Below are positions 13,598 through 26,965 of a DNA stretch of 64,000 bases, piece by piece. The notes beneath the pieces were generated by a model, which had not been told where the DNA came from, searched no databases, and saw only the letters and a program-made list of their open reading frames with translations. Positions within the stretch are counted from its first letter, which is position 1. Each line of letters starts with the position of its first letter. A program made the translations under genes and the position numbers. The DNA comes from Bugula neritina (Eukaryota; Animalia; Bryozoa). Where the stretch lies: contig OZ037767.1 of assembly GCA_964035545.1 (NCBI GenBank), forward strand, positions 3,922,707 to 3,986,706, written 5' to 3'.

Positions 13598-15257
13598 ACA
13601 GTAAACCGCCATTTCCTGTGTTTCATAACCCACTACTCTACCTACTGAAAATCTGACTTATAAAGAGAAAATACATCTATAGAGAGAAACTGCATTTACA
13701 AAGAGAAACTGCATGAATTATAAAAAGTTATTTGTTCTGTAATTATAATATATGGTTTAGTATCTGTTTCATTCACTGCCCTACACGATGTTCAATACAT
13801 TTGGACTAAATGTATTACTACTGCATAATATATGATATACTCATACAATGTTTGTCTTACGAAATACATTCATCCTTTTGTACTATTATATTTTTTTTAT
13901 GCATGTTCTATCATTAGCCATTATTTTGTGCACCTAGAATCTTGACTGTGTTATATTTTATATAAATGTCTGTATTTAATAAATGTCATTTTTATTCGGG
14001 GGAAAAAGTTTAGCAATTTGTAATTACTTTTGCGTTACTAAAAGTCCGAACTTCAAAAGGCTATAGTGTTCAACAATATTTCATTAAAGCACAATAATGA
14101 GGCAAGTTAATGTAGTTCAAAGATTTTTATTGAAATCGTTGGGTTTTGTTTGACATGTCTTATTACGCTCTTCATTGCTTATTAGAGAAAGGAAACTAAT
14201 GCATTGATACAGAAATTTTTAATGTTTATATTAAAATATGTTGGTCTGACTAACATTTTTGCTTAAATTTTGCAATAACTAATAATACTATGCTGGATAC
14301 ATATAAAAATTCATTTACATGATTTTCTATTTATAGCTTACCTACTTGGCAATAAAGTGATATATAAATAGAAAAATTACCTGGGCACTGAATTATCTAG
14401 TAGAGAGCATAATGTCAGATTTAGTGTCATCTTATATTGAGTCAACATAAAATACAAGTAGATCTATTTGCTGCACACTTACAACTAATTCATGGATAGC
14501 ATCTCCCTTACATAGTCCAGTGAAATATTGGTAGAGATGTAAATCATAAATATTAAGTTAGTTATACATCAACAATTATTATTACGCATATAGTAAATAC
14601 CTTCATTAGACAAGAGTAAAGTGATAACACCCTACGCAAGGGCGTGCAAGACATTGCATAGTTCAAAATTGATGTGAAAAACATGGGTTATATGTAATGG
14701 GAAACTGTATTTTTCAACATCAACACAAGTTTTTTAATTTTGCGTTCCCATGTAACATATTATGTGTTTATCATTATAGTCCATATAAAAGCATGCAATA
14801 ATGATAATATTGGTGTCCAGTTCTAATATTTATAAACAGTGTTGAAAAAATAAACATATCTAATTATTAAGCATTGTACAAAATGTATAAGTATTTAGTA
14901 AGTATATACAGCAGTTACGTAAGTTTGCAGTGAGCTATAAATAAGACACTTGCAGTGTAGTAGTAGAAATATTTTATATACCCATCAGCATGTATGTACA
15001 GATACTGCAGATTGCTGTACAAAGCTAAGTTGCTTCTAAGCCTTTCTGTAAATAGTGTAAATAGCATCGCTGAGCCAACCACTTTTATGGAATATACAAA
15101 TTCGAATAACACATAATATCCACTGACCCACATTTTATAACACTATTTGCAATGCAAGATTCATTTACAAATATCATTTCTGTGAAGGTAGATCTGGTTT
15201 ACTACTAGACTATCAGACCAGAAGTTAAACCAGATTCTAGTGGTTGTTACTATCAAT

Positions 15258-18220
15258 ATGCCAGCATCAGTGTCTTTGCGTTTAGTGAAAGAATTTGATG
15301 ACTTAGATGCATTTAAAGAAAATGAGGGAACATACAGAGTGCCGGGCAGTGTGAAAGGTCTTGTGAAGGTAAGTATAACAGATGCACCGGCAGACGTACA
15401 GGCGTTGGTTGTCAACTTCACCGGTCACTCCAGATTTTCGTTTTCTACAAACTCGGGAACTGTAAGGCTAACAGTACGGAAGAAAGAAGGCGTTGTCACC
15501 AACCAAACTATGATTGTGCCAACAGGCAAGTTGTATTTATTAGTTCTAACTAACCTCTATTGGTGAGTTATAGGAAATTATATTGTTTTAGATGTCATTT
15601 TAGCTTGTCGATAAGCCAGCATATAGCATAGCTATTATAACAAAATAAAGCTTAACAAAAAACCCAGTATTGAATAATTTGGCAAGTTGCCCAGTTAAGA
15701 AAATAATATTAAGATTTGCAATATATAGGACTGTCATACCATAGCCATATTTAGGTACAGTACTGAAAATTTTTAATGACTTCAGCTTTTTATAGTGTTT
15801 TTAATAAATTTTGATGTGAATGCGGGTTAAAATTCTTGAGAGAAAATAACTTCTTTGCTACATTGCTAATCTAGAACACAGGCTTTTCTCAATTTCTCCA
15901 TTACTGTACTTACCTCACCATGGCATACAGTTCCTGTAACTGCTGTGTTTGTAATAAACGTCACACTATATACAGGTTGGAGAGCAAATACCCTAATTGG
16001 AGTTGGGGTGTACGTGTATGCATTTGAGTTTGATACTGTGAATGAAGACGGAAAGTAAGTAATCGCTTCCTCAGAAAGTTTGACATTTTTATATCTCTAA
16101 ATCTTTTGACCCTAGATTACATAATATATGGAGCATGGAAAAGTTTATAAATTACTTAGGATTTTTCTTCCTATATACACTTTTTTTATTCAATAGTTAA
16201 ACACCTTGATAATCAATTAGTATGAATTTGACTTAATTGAATGTTGAAAGTTTGACAGAATTTACTATACTTTCCTGGAGTATGCATTGCTATGCAATAA
16301 TGTACAATACTATGCAATACTTATATGCAATAATATACAATATTATGCAATACTTAAATGCAATAATATACAATATTATGCAATACTATGCATTACTACG
16401 CAATAATATACAATACTATGCAATAATCCTCTATAGAATGGATTCTATTTAAGATTTTCATTCATGAATTTATTCATCCTAATCTAACTCTTATTTTAAA
16501 ATAATTCAAATTAGAACTCAACAGTATACTATAATATTTTTGCCAACAGACATCTCTGCCCATCTGTGTCGGGAGAGCTGGGAAGTGTTGGATATGAAGT
16601 AGAAGCTCGGTTGTACTGCACACACGCAGCTAACAACACGACAGCTAAGCAGACGGTTACTCTATTGAATAACTTGGAAGTAGAGAAACTATCTGCTATA
16701 GAAAAGGTGATTGAATAAAAAGAGCTACTCATTAATTGCGTTATTTTATTTTTAACTTTTTTAAATTTCTTTTTCAAAATTTTGTTTCAGTCAGAGAAAA
16801 AAGTCGATGATGAGTTTAATGTGGGTTGTTGTTGGAACTCTGGAGTTGTGAGATCAGCCGTGGAAATTCCGAAAGGAGCTTATATACCAGGTAGAGCATT
16901 GGCTATTTTACTTCAAAAGCAGAGTTTTTCCCAGAACAAATGTTTGATGAGGTAAACTGCGGGGGAAAAATCTTGGCAACTATGCCAGTGAGCTATGACT
17001 ACCAGAATTTCAAATAAACTAATTTAAAGGAATATCTAATAGCTTAGATGCATCAAAGCTTTGCTTAGTTATATAATATAAATAATGGTTCATTTTTGTT
17101 GGGCTAGCTTCACTTTTAAAATTAAATTGTCTTACCGCCCGTTTCTAAGGGGAACGCTGCTGAAACTTTTGTGGCTATGCATATACCTTCCAGTACTCAA
17201 TATTTTTAGAAGGGGAACAATTCCTATTATTTCAGTTCTTTTTTCCCTATAAAACAAATAGGAAAATTAACTCATATCTAGCTGAATATTTTCCAGGGGA
17301 GATAATTGAGATAAAACTAGATGTTGCTAATAGCTCACGGAAGAGAGTCGTAGCATCAGCAGGATTATATCAAGTAACTCGAATCATTATTGACGGGCAT
17401 GCTAAAACAGAGGAAAAGGAAGTGCTTGTTTACCCAGGTAGTGTTGGTTAACTTTATTAGTGCTTTACCTAAAACAGTATGTTGGTGAAAAATTTCAAAC
17501 GTTGGAAGTTAGAAATAACATTGGAAATTTTTAACACCCACAAGCTTGTAGAAACAGTTGGGTTATATTATATTTTCTGCCAAACATAATCATCATCTTT
17601 GATTATTTGATTAGATTATTGAACAAAGCTTAGTTATAAAAATATAATTTATTCATTAGTCAGAAGAAAATTAGGATTAGGTTAGAAACTGAAGGATTCT
17701 CCTTAAAAAAGTCAATACAAGAATTTTCCTTGCATTCTTTTGAAGAAGCAAACTGGTGTTTTAATTTGGAATCTTAACTTGCTTTTTCATTCTGGTTTAT
17801 TATCAGAATAAAGTCAAAATTAAAATTTCTTCATCATTTAAGCAATCATGAAGCATTTTCTTTATCAGACAATATATATTATATAGTTTATTATTATTCT
17901 AACTTGAACTAATCTATTGTAGAAAAAGAAATAATACCACCATACATTAGTAACTGGTCAACAACTATGAGTATAATAATTCCGGAAGAATTTCATCCAG
18001 GTTCTCTGTATGGTCTGACATCATTAGAACTTGGATACTTTGTCTTGGTATGATCTCTTTATTTACAGTGTGATGTCAGAAGAAATTATATTAGCGTATT
18101 ATTCTGTATTATATATATTATTTCTAACAGCAACTATATGGACATTTACAGGTGAAGCTTGATGTTTCGTGGAATTTGCCTTCTCAGTATCTCAGACTGC
18201 CAATTGTGATTGGACAATGA
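15258..18220 (+). CDS. Arrestin domain-containing (alpha-arrestin-like) protein, paralogue 3, 312 aa
   Basis: Exons 15258-15525 (GC donor gcaagt), 15976-16054 (GVYVYAFEF), 16550-16706 (PSVSGELGSVGYEVEARL), 16791-16890 (GCCWNSG...IPKGAYIPG), 17297-17437, 17923-18047 and 18152-18220 (RLPIVIGQ*). 939 nt. Exon sizes 79/157/141/125/69 are identical to paralogue 2. Confidence 0.9.
16290..16427. repeat. Imperfect ~33-bp tandem repeat (atgcaataatatacaatattatgcaatac..) in arrestin-3 intron 2
   Basis: About four degenerate copies visible. Confidence 0.7.
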
Positions 18221-21120
18221 GTGGAGGTCTGTATGTGAAGCTCAAATAATGTTTAACCAACCAGTAATTATTGCTCTCGGCAGTACTTATATTATGATAT
18301 CAATATTTTTTGTAAATATAAACATTTTTCTGCAAACAACACTATTCTTTAAATATTACATAACCTAATATATGGCAACTATTTTCAATAGCATTTAATC
18401 ATGTTATGTTCAAATGTTTATGGTACACCAAATAGTTGGCCAAATGCAGATGTCATGTTTTCAAGAATTCAAGATGATAATATAGTTGCTTTGAATGAAT
18501 CTAGCACTAGAATTGCTTCCCCCCCCCCCCAATATATTATTTATGCACATTTATTTTCCTTTGTGGCAATATATGTTTTTAGTGGTGGTAATAATTAGAA
18601 AGAATTTGTTATTACGTACTGTTTGAGAATTTTAGTAGTAAATTTAAAGATAGTGTATTTTACCGGTATTTTTTGGTTTACTTCTAGCATAGAGTCTTTT
18701 GAGTTTTTAAACCCGTGCACTTTTGCATCCAGTTCAGCTTATAAAGATTAGCTTATATAGATGTATACTGTGACAGCTTAGTGTGTATACTTATTTCTTA
18801 TATTGTAGTGTTGATAAAAATGAATTGTATACGCTAGACAATTGGAAAATACATAATTTATAACTAAACTGAACTAGTTCTAGTCTTACTTTGTAGAAAC
18901 TATCAAATTACAAAAATTCAAGCATGCATTCTAATATAATTTTACTCATGTAACCTACAATCATACACATAATAATCACTAAGATTTTTAAAGCATTTGG
19001 TTACGACAAAATCCAATCCAAGTTTTATTATCACACAGTTTTGTGGATGAACTTTATGAATGCTAGTTCTTATGACTGGACATTAGAGCAAGTGTAGCTA
19101 GCGCAACTAGGTTAAGTCACCCTGACTCAAATGCGTGATAGATGAGCACTTGATATTCTTTAACTAACATATTGACTTGGTAGATGCATTAACTTGGATT
19201 GACTTGAAATTTCGCATAACTTGTGGCTTGTCTTTAAAATTATAGCAGGCCAAAAGCCAAAGTGACAAAATTAAATTAAAAACCTGAAGTCAACTAATCT
19301 AATTTTCCTATATTAGTATCTACGGTGCCTGCTTCACTGTGTTATTGTCACACGTTTTTGAAACTAGCACATACTTGCCATTAGACAGGTTAATATCAAA
19401 TCCTGAATATTTTTACATTCAGTCAATCATATAAGTTTCTGGTGTTCAAAATCTGTTTTATTAAAATTTGAAGATTAATCGATCTGCCTAAAACTTAGAT
19501 GTCGACTATAATTATAGAAGTTTGTGACAATGTTGTAATGGCATTAATAATGCATTCTATCACAGACAGAAAGTGTTGAAATAAATTTGATAAATTTTGT
19601 GAATTAAATAATACTTTAATAAAAGTTGTTTAAAATATTATATTAAGCAAATTTGCAGCCCCAATTAGTACAGGTCAGTTAATGATTTAGTTAGTAAAGT
19701 TTGTTCCAAAGCATAACTTTTTTGTCTGTAACCTAATATAGAAAATTAAGGAGTTTTAGAGAAATTAATTAGCAACTAAGAGCAAGTAGCTTAAGTTAGG
19801 TATAGCAGATGTAGTATAACTTTGAATATTGTTATATCTATACATTCAATCTATTATACTGCTAAAGGCTGGCTTTAATTGTTAATGATGTATAGGAAAA
19901 CATGTAATAACATTTCAGCTTAATTATAGATTATCACTTATGAAAAACCAGACTTATCTCAAAGTTCTGAACAAAACTACTTTACCAGAAAGTCAAGTAT
20001 GCTAATTTAATCACTCAATATATTATTGAGAACTCACATTAATAACACTAGTATTGCTACTGAAGAAATCAACTCTAAACTGGTTTTATGCAATAAGTTG
20101 CCTCTATAATTGTAAGCTATTTTAGAAAGCAGTTGCAGGCCATAAGTTTGGACTGCATGAATGTTTGACTTTTTTTAGGTCATTGTTTGTGTGCCACATG
20201 ATCCATCTCACAAAATTCTGTGAAATTAATGCAAGATATTAATTCCACTTGTAGCCTGCATATACAATACCTGTCTAAAAATATGATATACTCAATAATA
20301 TGATGCATCAATCCAATTATATACCTATCTTCTGTTATATAATGTACAAAAGGGGTAAATTTTCAGGGCTGCTTATATGCTATGATTTCAAGGCATGTCT
20401 GTTAAATGAATGTATTTGATTAGAGAGCTTTCATAACGGAGACAATAAACTGGTGCCCTGCACATGTTTTAATACGCTACAGTCAAGTATGTGCATTTAC
20501 AGCCCTACTTTTTTCTGCAAACTAGAGATGTTAGAGCTTATATTTAGAAGTTGTGGACTAATATAGACAAAATTCAACATTACTCAATGTTTCAAAACAT
20601 TTTTATTTTACATGACGTAGGTACTTCAAAGATTATGTAAAATTTGTAGTAAACGTTTAGTAGATGTAACATGCTCTGGGCTTAAAGCCTACACTTCATT
20701 GTGAACACCAATCTACAAATTTTATAAATTGGCTTACAATAATATATTTTATTGAATAATTTAAATAAATTTTAAAAGGCGGTATGCACCTCTGCGACGG
20801 CCTACGTACAGATTGTGAGAATATTTCAAAGTTTATACATCAAACAAAAAATTTTACGTAGACTAAAGACATTCGTCATTACAAAAATAATTTAAATTGG
20901 AATTTTAATGCCGTACAAGAAAGTCAGCTGAGGAAAATTAAACTTTTATCCTGATAGGAGTGGCGTAGGCAAGGGAAGGAAGTGCTCCACCTTTTATTCA
21001 AAGAGTGTAGTTGATTAAAACAAACCCTTTGTTATCGAGTTTTAGGAATTTTAAATCTATAATCAACAACATGCTTCAAGTCCCAGTTTATTGAAATTGG
21101 GTTAAGCATTCTCAGACAGG

Positions 21121-21127
21121 TATAAAT
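21121..21127 (+). promoter_or_regulatory. Candidate TATA box of the KG-repeat/Kunitz gene
   Basis: TATAAAT about 115 nt upstream of the ATG at 21237. Position only; the genome is AT-rich. Confidence 0.4.
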
Positions 21128-21236
21128 GAGCTGAAATTTTAAACTTAAGCCACTTTGAAGGCAGCAGTCAAAGCAGCAGTTAAAGCAGCAGGCAGACATA
21201 ATTTTAATTGGCTATCAAGCAGAGGTATATACAGAC

Positions 21237-21398
21237 ATGAAGGGGTTTATTGGGATTGTTGTTCTAGCCTTAGCTGTTGCTATCTATGCTGCCGACAGCG
21301 ATGTCGTTCCTGTGGAAGCTGTGGAAGATGATAGCGCAGCACCAACAGTAGGTTCTAAGGCTTTTGAAATTTCCAAATTGATAAATTAATTTAAATTA

Positions 21399-21438
<40 letters not shown>

Positions 21439-21681
21439 AAATGAGTGTTTATAAAACGTTACTAGAGTGCTCTATAGAAATAAATCTAGAGCATAAACAT
21501 TAGAAGAAGTAAAATGAGATTTGATTAATATAATGGCATTTATTACTAGTAGTTTCGTACACAAGAACAATGTGCACTCGTCAGATAAATTGGCTAATTT
21601 ATCTGACGAGTGCACATTGTTCTTGTGTACGAAACTACTAGTAATAAATGCCATTATATTAATCAAATCTCATTTTACTTC

Positions 21682-21772
<91 letters not shown>

Positions 21773-24700
21773 CAAATATCGATAATAGCAGACCTAATAT
21801 GTTGTATATTAAAATCACTATGTTGTAGTATAAAAATTATTGAGCAGTCATGGTTATGCATATGTAATGTAGTGACTCAAATTCATGGGTTACGGAAAAT
21901 TCTGGAACTATTATGAACTGATTTTATTGTAGGGTGGATATGTCAAAGGGGGTCTCTCAGCTGCGTACCTTGGTAAGTAAACTAGAAGTGCTTATAGTAA
22001 GTAAATTATTAGCGAATTGATCTTTTTAGTGCTGTTATACTAGATAAATATAAGATTTTTTTTCAGGTTTTAAATTGTTTATAAATTGATCAATTATTAT
22101 AATAACTAAAATATATTTTTATATAATCCAACTGTTTTTTACACTAGGGATTAAGGTTTTTGCCTTCGTTTTGAAATGCATTTCAAAGCATTTTACAATT
22201 GTTAATAAGTTAATTAAAAAACTACAATATAAATTAGATTTTACATAATATATATTAGAGTACATTGTAATGCATATAAATATATTGTTACAATAAAATA
22301 TATAAGCATCATTGCCTGTTTAATGAAAAAAGCTGTGATTTTTATGCTGTTAAAAAGTTGTTTGTTAAGCTAATATGAGTGCAGATTTAGGACTAATGGT
22401 ACACAATTTCTAATTATTAGCATGTAGCTAAGTTGTACCCACATATCTGTTATAGCATACTATAGACAGAAAGCACAGGCTATGGCTGCTGCTAGGACTA
22501 AGGCCTATGTTCCAATGATGGCCCCTTATAAAGGCTATGTGATGAGCCCAACCTGGTTGAGGGCTTATGCTGCTTCTAAAGGTTACATCGCTGCTGCCCC
22601 TGCTTCCAAAGGTTCCATCATTCCCATGGCGCCAATGACCAAAGGTCAGAATGTGTTGATGAGTGCTGCCGCTAATTTGAAGGGCTCTCCTGCTGCCGCT
22701 CCTTATATGAAAGGGTATATGCCCTACCTTGCCTCAAAGGGTGCTCTACCATTGGCTCCTATGACCAAGGGTAGCTATTACTACATGAGCAAAGGACTGG
22801 CATATGCCTATCCCTTGGTAGGGGTGAGTATTTCTTGTTATCCCCTGCATAAGCAGTTATTGACTGCATGTGTGAAGTAATTGTTTAGCATTACCTATAC
22901 TGTAGCATAAAAAGATCAGGGGATCCTCCGCTACTGCAGTATAAGCTTTTCTCCTGGCTCTACCATGTATATTTGATAACTACTTTAATTGCACCACAAA
23001 TTCTAATTGAAATTGCATTTAGCAAAGCTCATTGCAAATTATTATTACTCTGTTAATATTCAATTAAATTATTAAGCAATGCTTCACTGATATGTGATAA
23101 ATGTAATACTAATGTAAATATACTGACTTGAAATTCAAACTTTAAACATTAAAAGAGATTGTGATTATGTAACTTTTGTTTGTCAGGCCGTGACTCTTGC
23201 TAGCAGACAACGTTTTGATGACTTGGATGATAATAGCTGGGTACTAAAAATATATTCTGAAACATTTCAGTGTATTATTGTCTGTATTATTGATATGGAA
23301 TATCTTTATAAATTTATAGTCATTATATTGGATCTCATGAGTTTCTAAGTTTATTCCACAGAGCTTTTGAGAGTGGAGTAACTGTTTTGTTAACAAATTT
23401 CAGAATTGAATTTTCTAAGTTTACATATGCTGTGCTTTTACTTCTAACAAGCAAGCTGCAGCTAGCATCAAATAAGCAGCTCAGTGTATATAAGCTTTTA
23501 AAGATTAAATGCAGTTTTACTGTTTAAGCCAAGTCTTTTACTAAATTATATAATTTTGTAGACACCAGCCATGAGAGAGGAGTGCGTCGAAGAACTTGGA
23601 GGTAAGGGAGATGCACTTGAATAGATTATTACTTTAGAGACTATATATTTTTAGCATTCCCAATTTTTCATGTTTTAACTTAAACCTACAATGGCAGCAA
23701 AAACTCTATCACTAAAAGCATTATTATAAACCACTAAAATAGTCATTTCTTTACAAATGTAGGTTACTGATTATACATTTAACTGTGTTTGGTTAGGAAT
23801 GACATGGGCCCATAACTCCTGCAAACACCTGAAATAACATTGTGGAAGATTTTTTCTGCTCTTCATTTTCTTTCTAGCTCATTAGATAAAACGCAATATT
23901 AGGCTTGGTTTCTATTGTATGATAAATACGAATTAAATTTTTCAGTCTATTTCTACAACTCAAACACAGGGAAGGTAGAGCTGTACAGTGCCAGTGTTGA
24001 TGGTCAAATGGTAAGCTTACATTGAAATACTTCCTAAAGTATAGTATGCAACATTAAAATCAAATTGATTTTGTTTTATTTTGTTTTAATTATTAGTTAT
24101 ATTCATTATATTTGTTTATTATATTTATGTTATTTTAATTATGCCTAAGTGTTGATGCAAATTACATAGAACCATCATTTACACTCTGTAGTCATCATTC
24201 TTTGCTCAAAAAGCTTTTGATCTTTTAGGCTTACATTGAAGATTTCAATAAGTGCGTAGCAGACAAAGTCGCAGAAGCAGAAAGTGGAAGTGGGGACGTT
24301 GACAGCACAACTACAGCTGCCCCAGCAGGCAATAAGTGTTTAAACTTAGTCTATTATTTTTTCACATTGATTTTTTAGCTTCTAAACAAAAAGCTAAAAT
24401 TTTTTTGATTTATAAAACAAAATCTAAGGAGAGATTTTTATTTGTTTGCTCCAACAAAAACTGAATGCAGCCATCATCCAACAAAAATATTTTATTTACA
24501 ACTAGCATACATTATAATATATCTAATCATTGATCTATGTAGTTGAATTAATTTTCAAAACTATTTATTGAAATATTTTACAGAAAAGCCTAGCTTTATA
24601 GTTTTTAGAACTATCGCTTCAAATTTCAAGTTTGAAAAATCAGTGTATTTGAGGTTATATTCAAAAAAGTACGAAAGACAAATCCAGGCAATTAAAATAC

Positions 24701-25508
24701 AAAATGAGACTTGATTGTGAATAAATATTATACACAAAGTATATCATTCTATATTCAATAAGATTATTCAAAACTAAAATGTTTTTTGTAAAATATAATT
24801 AACATTGATAGTATTTTTAATGATGCTTTAATAACTTTTATAGTTTTTCATCAGTTTATCAAATAGTTTATTTACTTGTAGAACCCTGGACCTGCTACCT
24901 GAAGCCAAGTCGAGGAATGTGTATGGCATACATGACTAGATACTACTACAACTTCTACACTCAAAAATGTGAAATGTTTGTCTACGGTGGATGTGGGGGC
25001 AATGACAACAACTACGAGTAAGCAGTTCTATAGGAAATTAAAAACAAGCTAGTCCTACTAAAAAAATTAACAAAAAAGAAATTTATCAAATCCTCTGCAA
25101 ATAAACATTGAATTGATAGATTGTCTAAAATGTCATGTTATATAGCCTGTATTTTAAACGTATAATTCGGTTAAGTGATTATTCTGAATGTTGCAGCAGC
25201 ACAAAGTGATAATTAGCAATTATTAGTGCCAGTGTTAGTGGTGATAGTAAGCTTAGCTGCCATACCATCAGCAAGTGAGCCATTGTCACAGATTAATTTG
25301 AGAAATACATTCATAAAATCTATTATAAGGCCAATATGCTTAAGCATACAACCCTGGAGCTATATTTAGATGTACAGTATGTAAATAATTTAATACAACA
25401 TAAATGTAGCTTGTCGGGAATTCTTTAAGTCTTTACATAAATTTTGTAGCTGGTTGTCATTTTCTGTTTTCCAGGTCTTACAGTGACTGCGTCGAGGCTT
25501 GTCAGTAA
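21237..25508 (+). CDS. Secreted protein: signal peptide, Ala/Tyr/Met/Pro-rich xKG repeats, Ser-Gly linker, C-terminal BPTI/Kunitz domain (~315 aa)
   Basis: Exons 21237-21347 (MKGFIGIVVLALAVAIYA), 21933-21972, 22456-22823, 23187-23240, 23562-23601, 23946-24010, 24229-24328 (GC donor), 24882-25017 and 25475-25508. 948 nt in frame. Kunitz domain CYLKPSRGMCMAYMTRYYYNFYTQKCEMFVYGGCGGNDNNYESYSDCVEAC has all 6 Cys. AATAAA at 25578. Confidence 0.85.
21499..21688. repeat. 190-bp near-perfect palindrome (93-bp arms) near (TA)n arrays, intron 1 of the Kunitz gene
   Basis: 21499-21591 is the exact reverse complement of 21596-21688, with spacer GGCT. This is why the ORF track shows the same peptide on both strands. 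Confidence 0.95.
21687..21770. repeat. (TA)n microsatellite (a shorter one lies at ~21403-21435)
   Basis: Directly visible. Confidence 0.95.
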
Positions 25509-26399
25509 AGAAATCATTTGAAGTTGTCTCCTCTTTCTTAGCAAAAGCCTGGAACCTTATCTTTCATTTGATAACGCAATAAATAACTGAACTACAGGGA
25601 TACTTTTCAGCAATACTGTTGCATTTTCTCAAGAAGAATTTTTGTAATGAAGTTTATGTTGAATAAATAAAATTTGATGTCTAACACACCATTCTTTTAT
25701 GAGCATTTAGCATGTAAACATGCAATCACTTTGGGGTGGTGGCAATAGATAGTTGGTATTCATGCAGGCTGTAAAACTGAACAAATTTACAAGGTAAAAA
25801 AAAGATAAACACTTATTTATGTAAAAGCATATAATTATATCCATGTTAGCAAAGTAAAGAATTCATAACAAATGCACATCAACTTTGAAACATAATAATG
25901 TATTTTATAATAACCTTACTAGTTACAAATTGAACCCACTCACTCACTGCATGCGTTGCAACACATAAATGCATGTCTTATCACTCAACATTTAAATAAG
26001 GGCGCTTTCGGACTCCCTATACGTTTAGCCCACTCTTACGCAAAATTAAAAGCAATCAAAGATAATAATATTTTCAATAGCTTGAAGTATCAATTATGGG
26101 TGTTAAAATAAATATTTAATGTAAAACTGTGGAATAATGCTATAGTCTTCAAAAGTTTAATAGCTTTAAAAGCAAAATCAGGAATGTTGATAAGCTAAAG
26201 CTTCATTTCATAAATTATCAGTATAATATCAAGTGTTAAGATGTGCAAAGATCGGTTAGCTGAGAGTGTTTTCAGTGTGTTTTTGGCTCAAAAACACTAA
26301 AATTAAACTATATTTTGACAAAATATTCTCATATGAAATAAAATTCTACAAAATATTTCAATTTGGGAGCTAATTTTATACAACAGTATAAATGCAACT

Positions 26400-26695
26400 A
26401 ACATGGTGGTCACATGATCGCACTATCCCATGATCACACTGTCACACTGTCACATCATCACATGATCAAACTGCCACATCATCACACTGTCACACTGTCA
26501 CATGATCATAATGTCACATGATCACACTGTCACACGAGCACACTGTCACATCACACTGTCACATCATCACATGATCAAACTGTCACATGGTCACAATGTT
26601 ACATGGTGTCACAGTTACCCAGTCATACTGTCACGCAGTCAAATTGTTAGATGGTTACACTGTCACACAGGTATAGAGTCACATGGTCACATGGC
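26400..26695. repeat. Degenerate short-unit repeat (tgtcaca/tcacatg/catcaca)
   Basis: Many copies of cactgtca/catgatca units. Related motifs recur at ~38840-38915. Confidence 0.75.
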
Positions 26696-26965
26696 GAACA
26701 TTTTGCATATATTGGCTTCTTAAAGCACTTACATGCGTTGCACAATTTAATCAAAGTTTACAGATACATTCTATATGAATAGTCATACAAGTATATTATA
26801 TGTAGTTAAGTCTTTTAGCTGATATTTGCTGAGTATACTACATGCTAAATAAAATTTAACATTTAATCTATAAATAATACACAATTTTCCAAGATGAATT
26901 TATATAAAAACTTTGGTTCAAGTTATTTAGTGCAATAATTAAGTGGCTCTTTACCAATGAGTTAA

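Noticed and set aside
21472-21861. Identical ORFs on both strands, and IYIY ORFs
   Set aside because: Artefacts of the palindrome and the (TA)n array.
22456-22823. KG repeats as a neuropeptide precursor
   Set aside because: Amidated peptide precursors use G-K/R or GKR and dibasic sites. Here the order is K-G and dibasic sites are absent.
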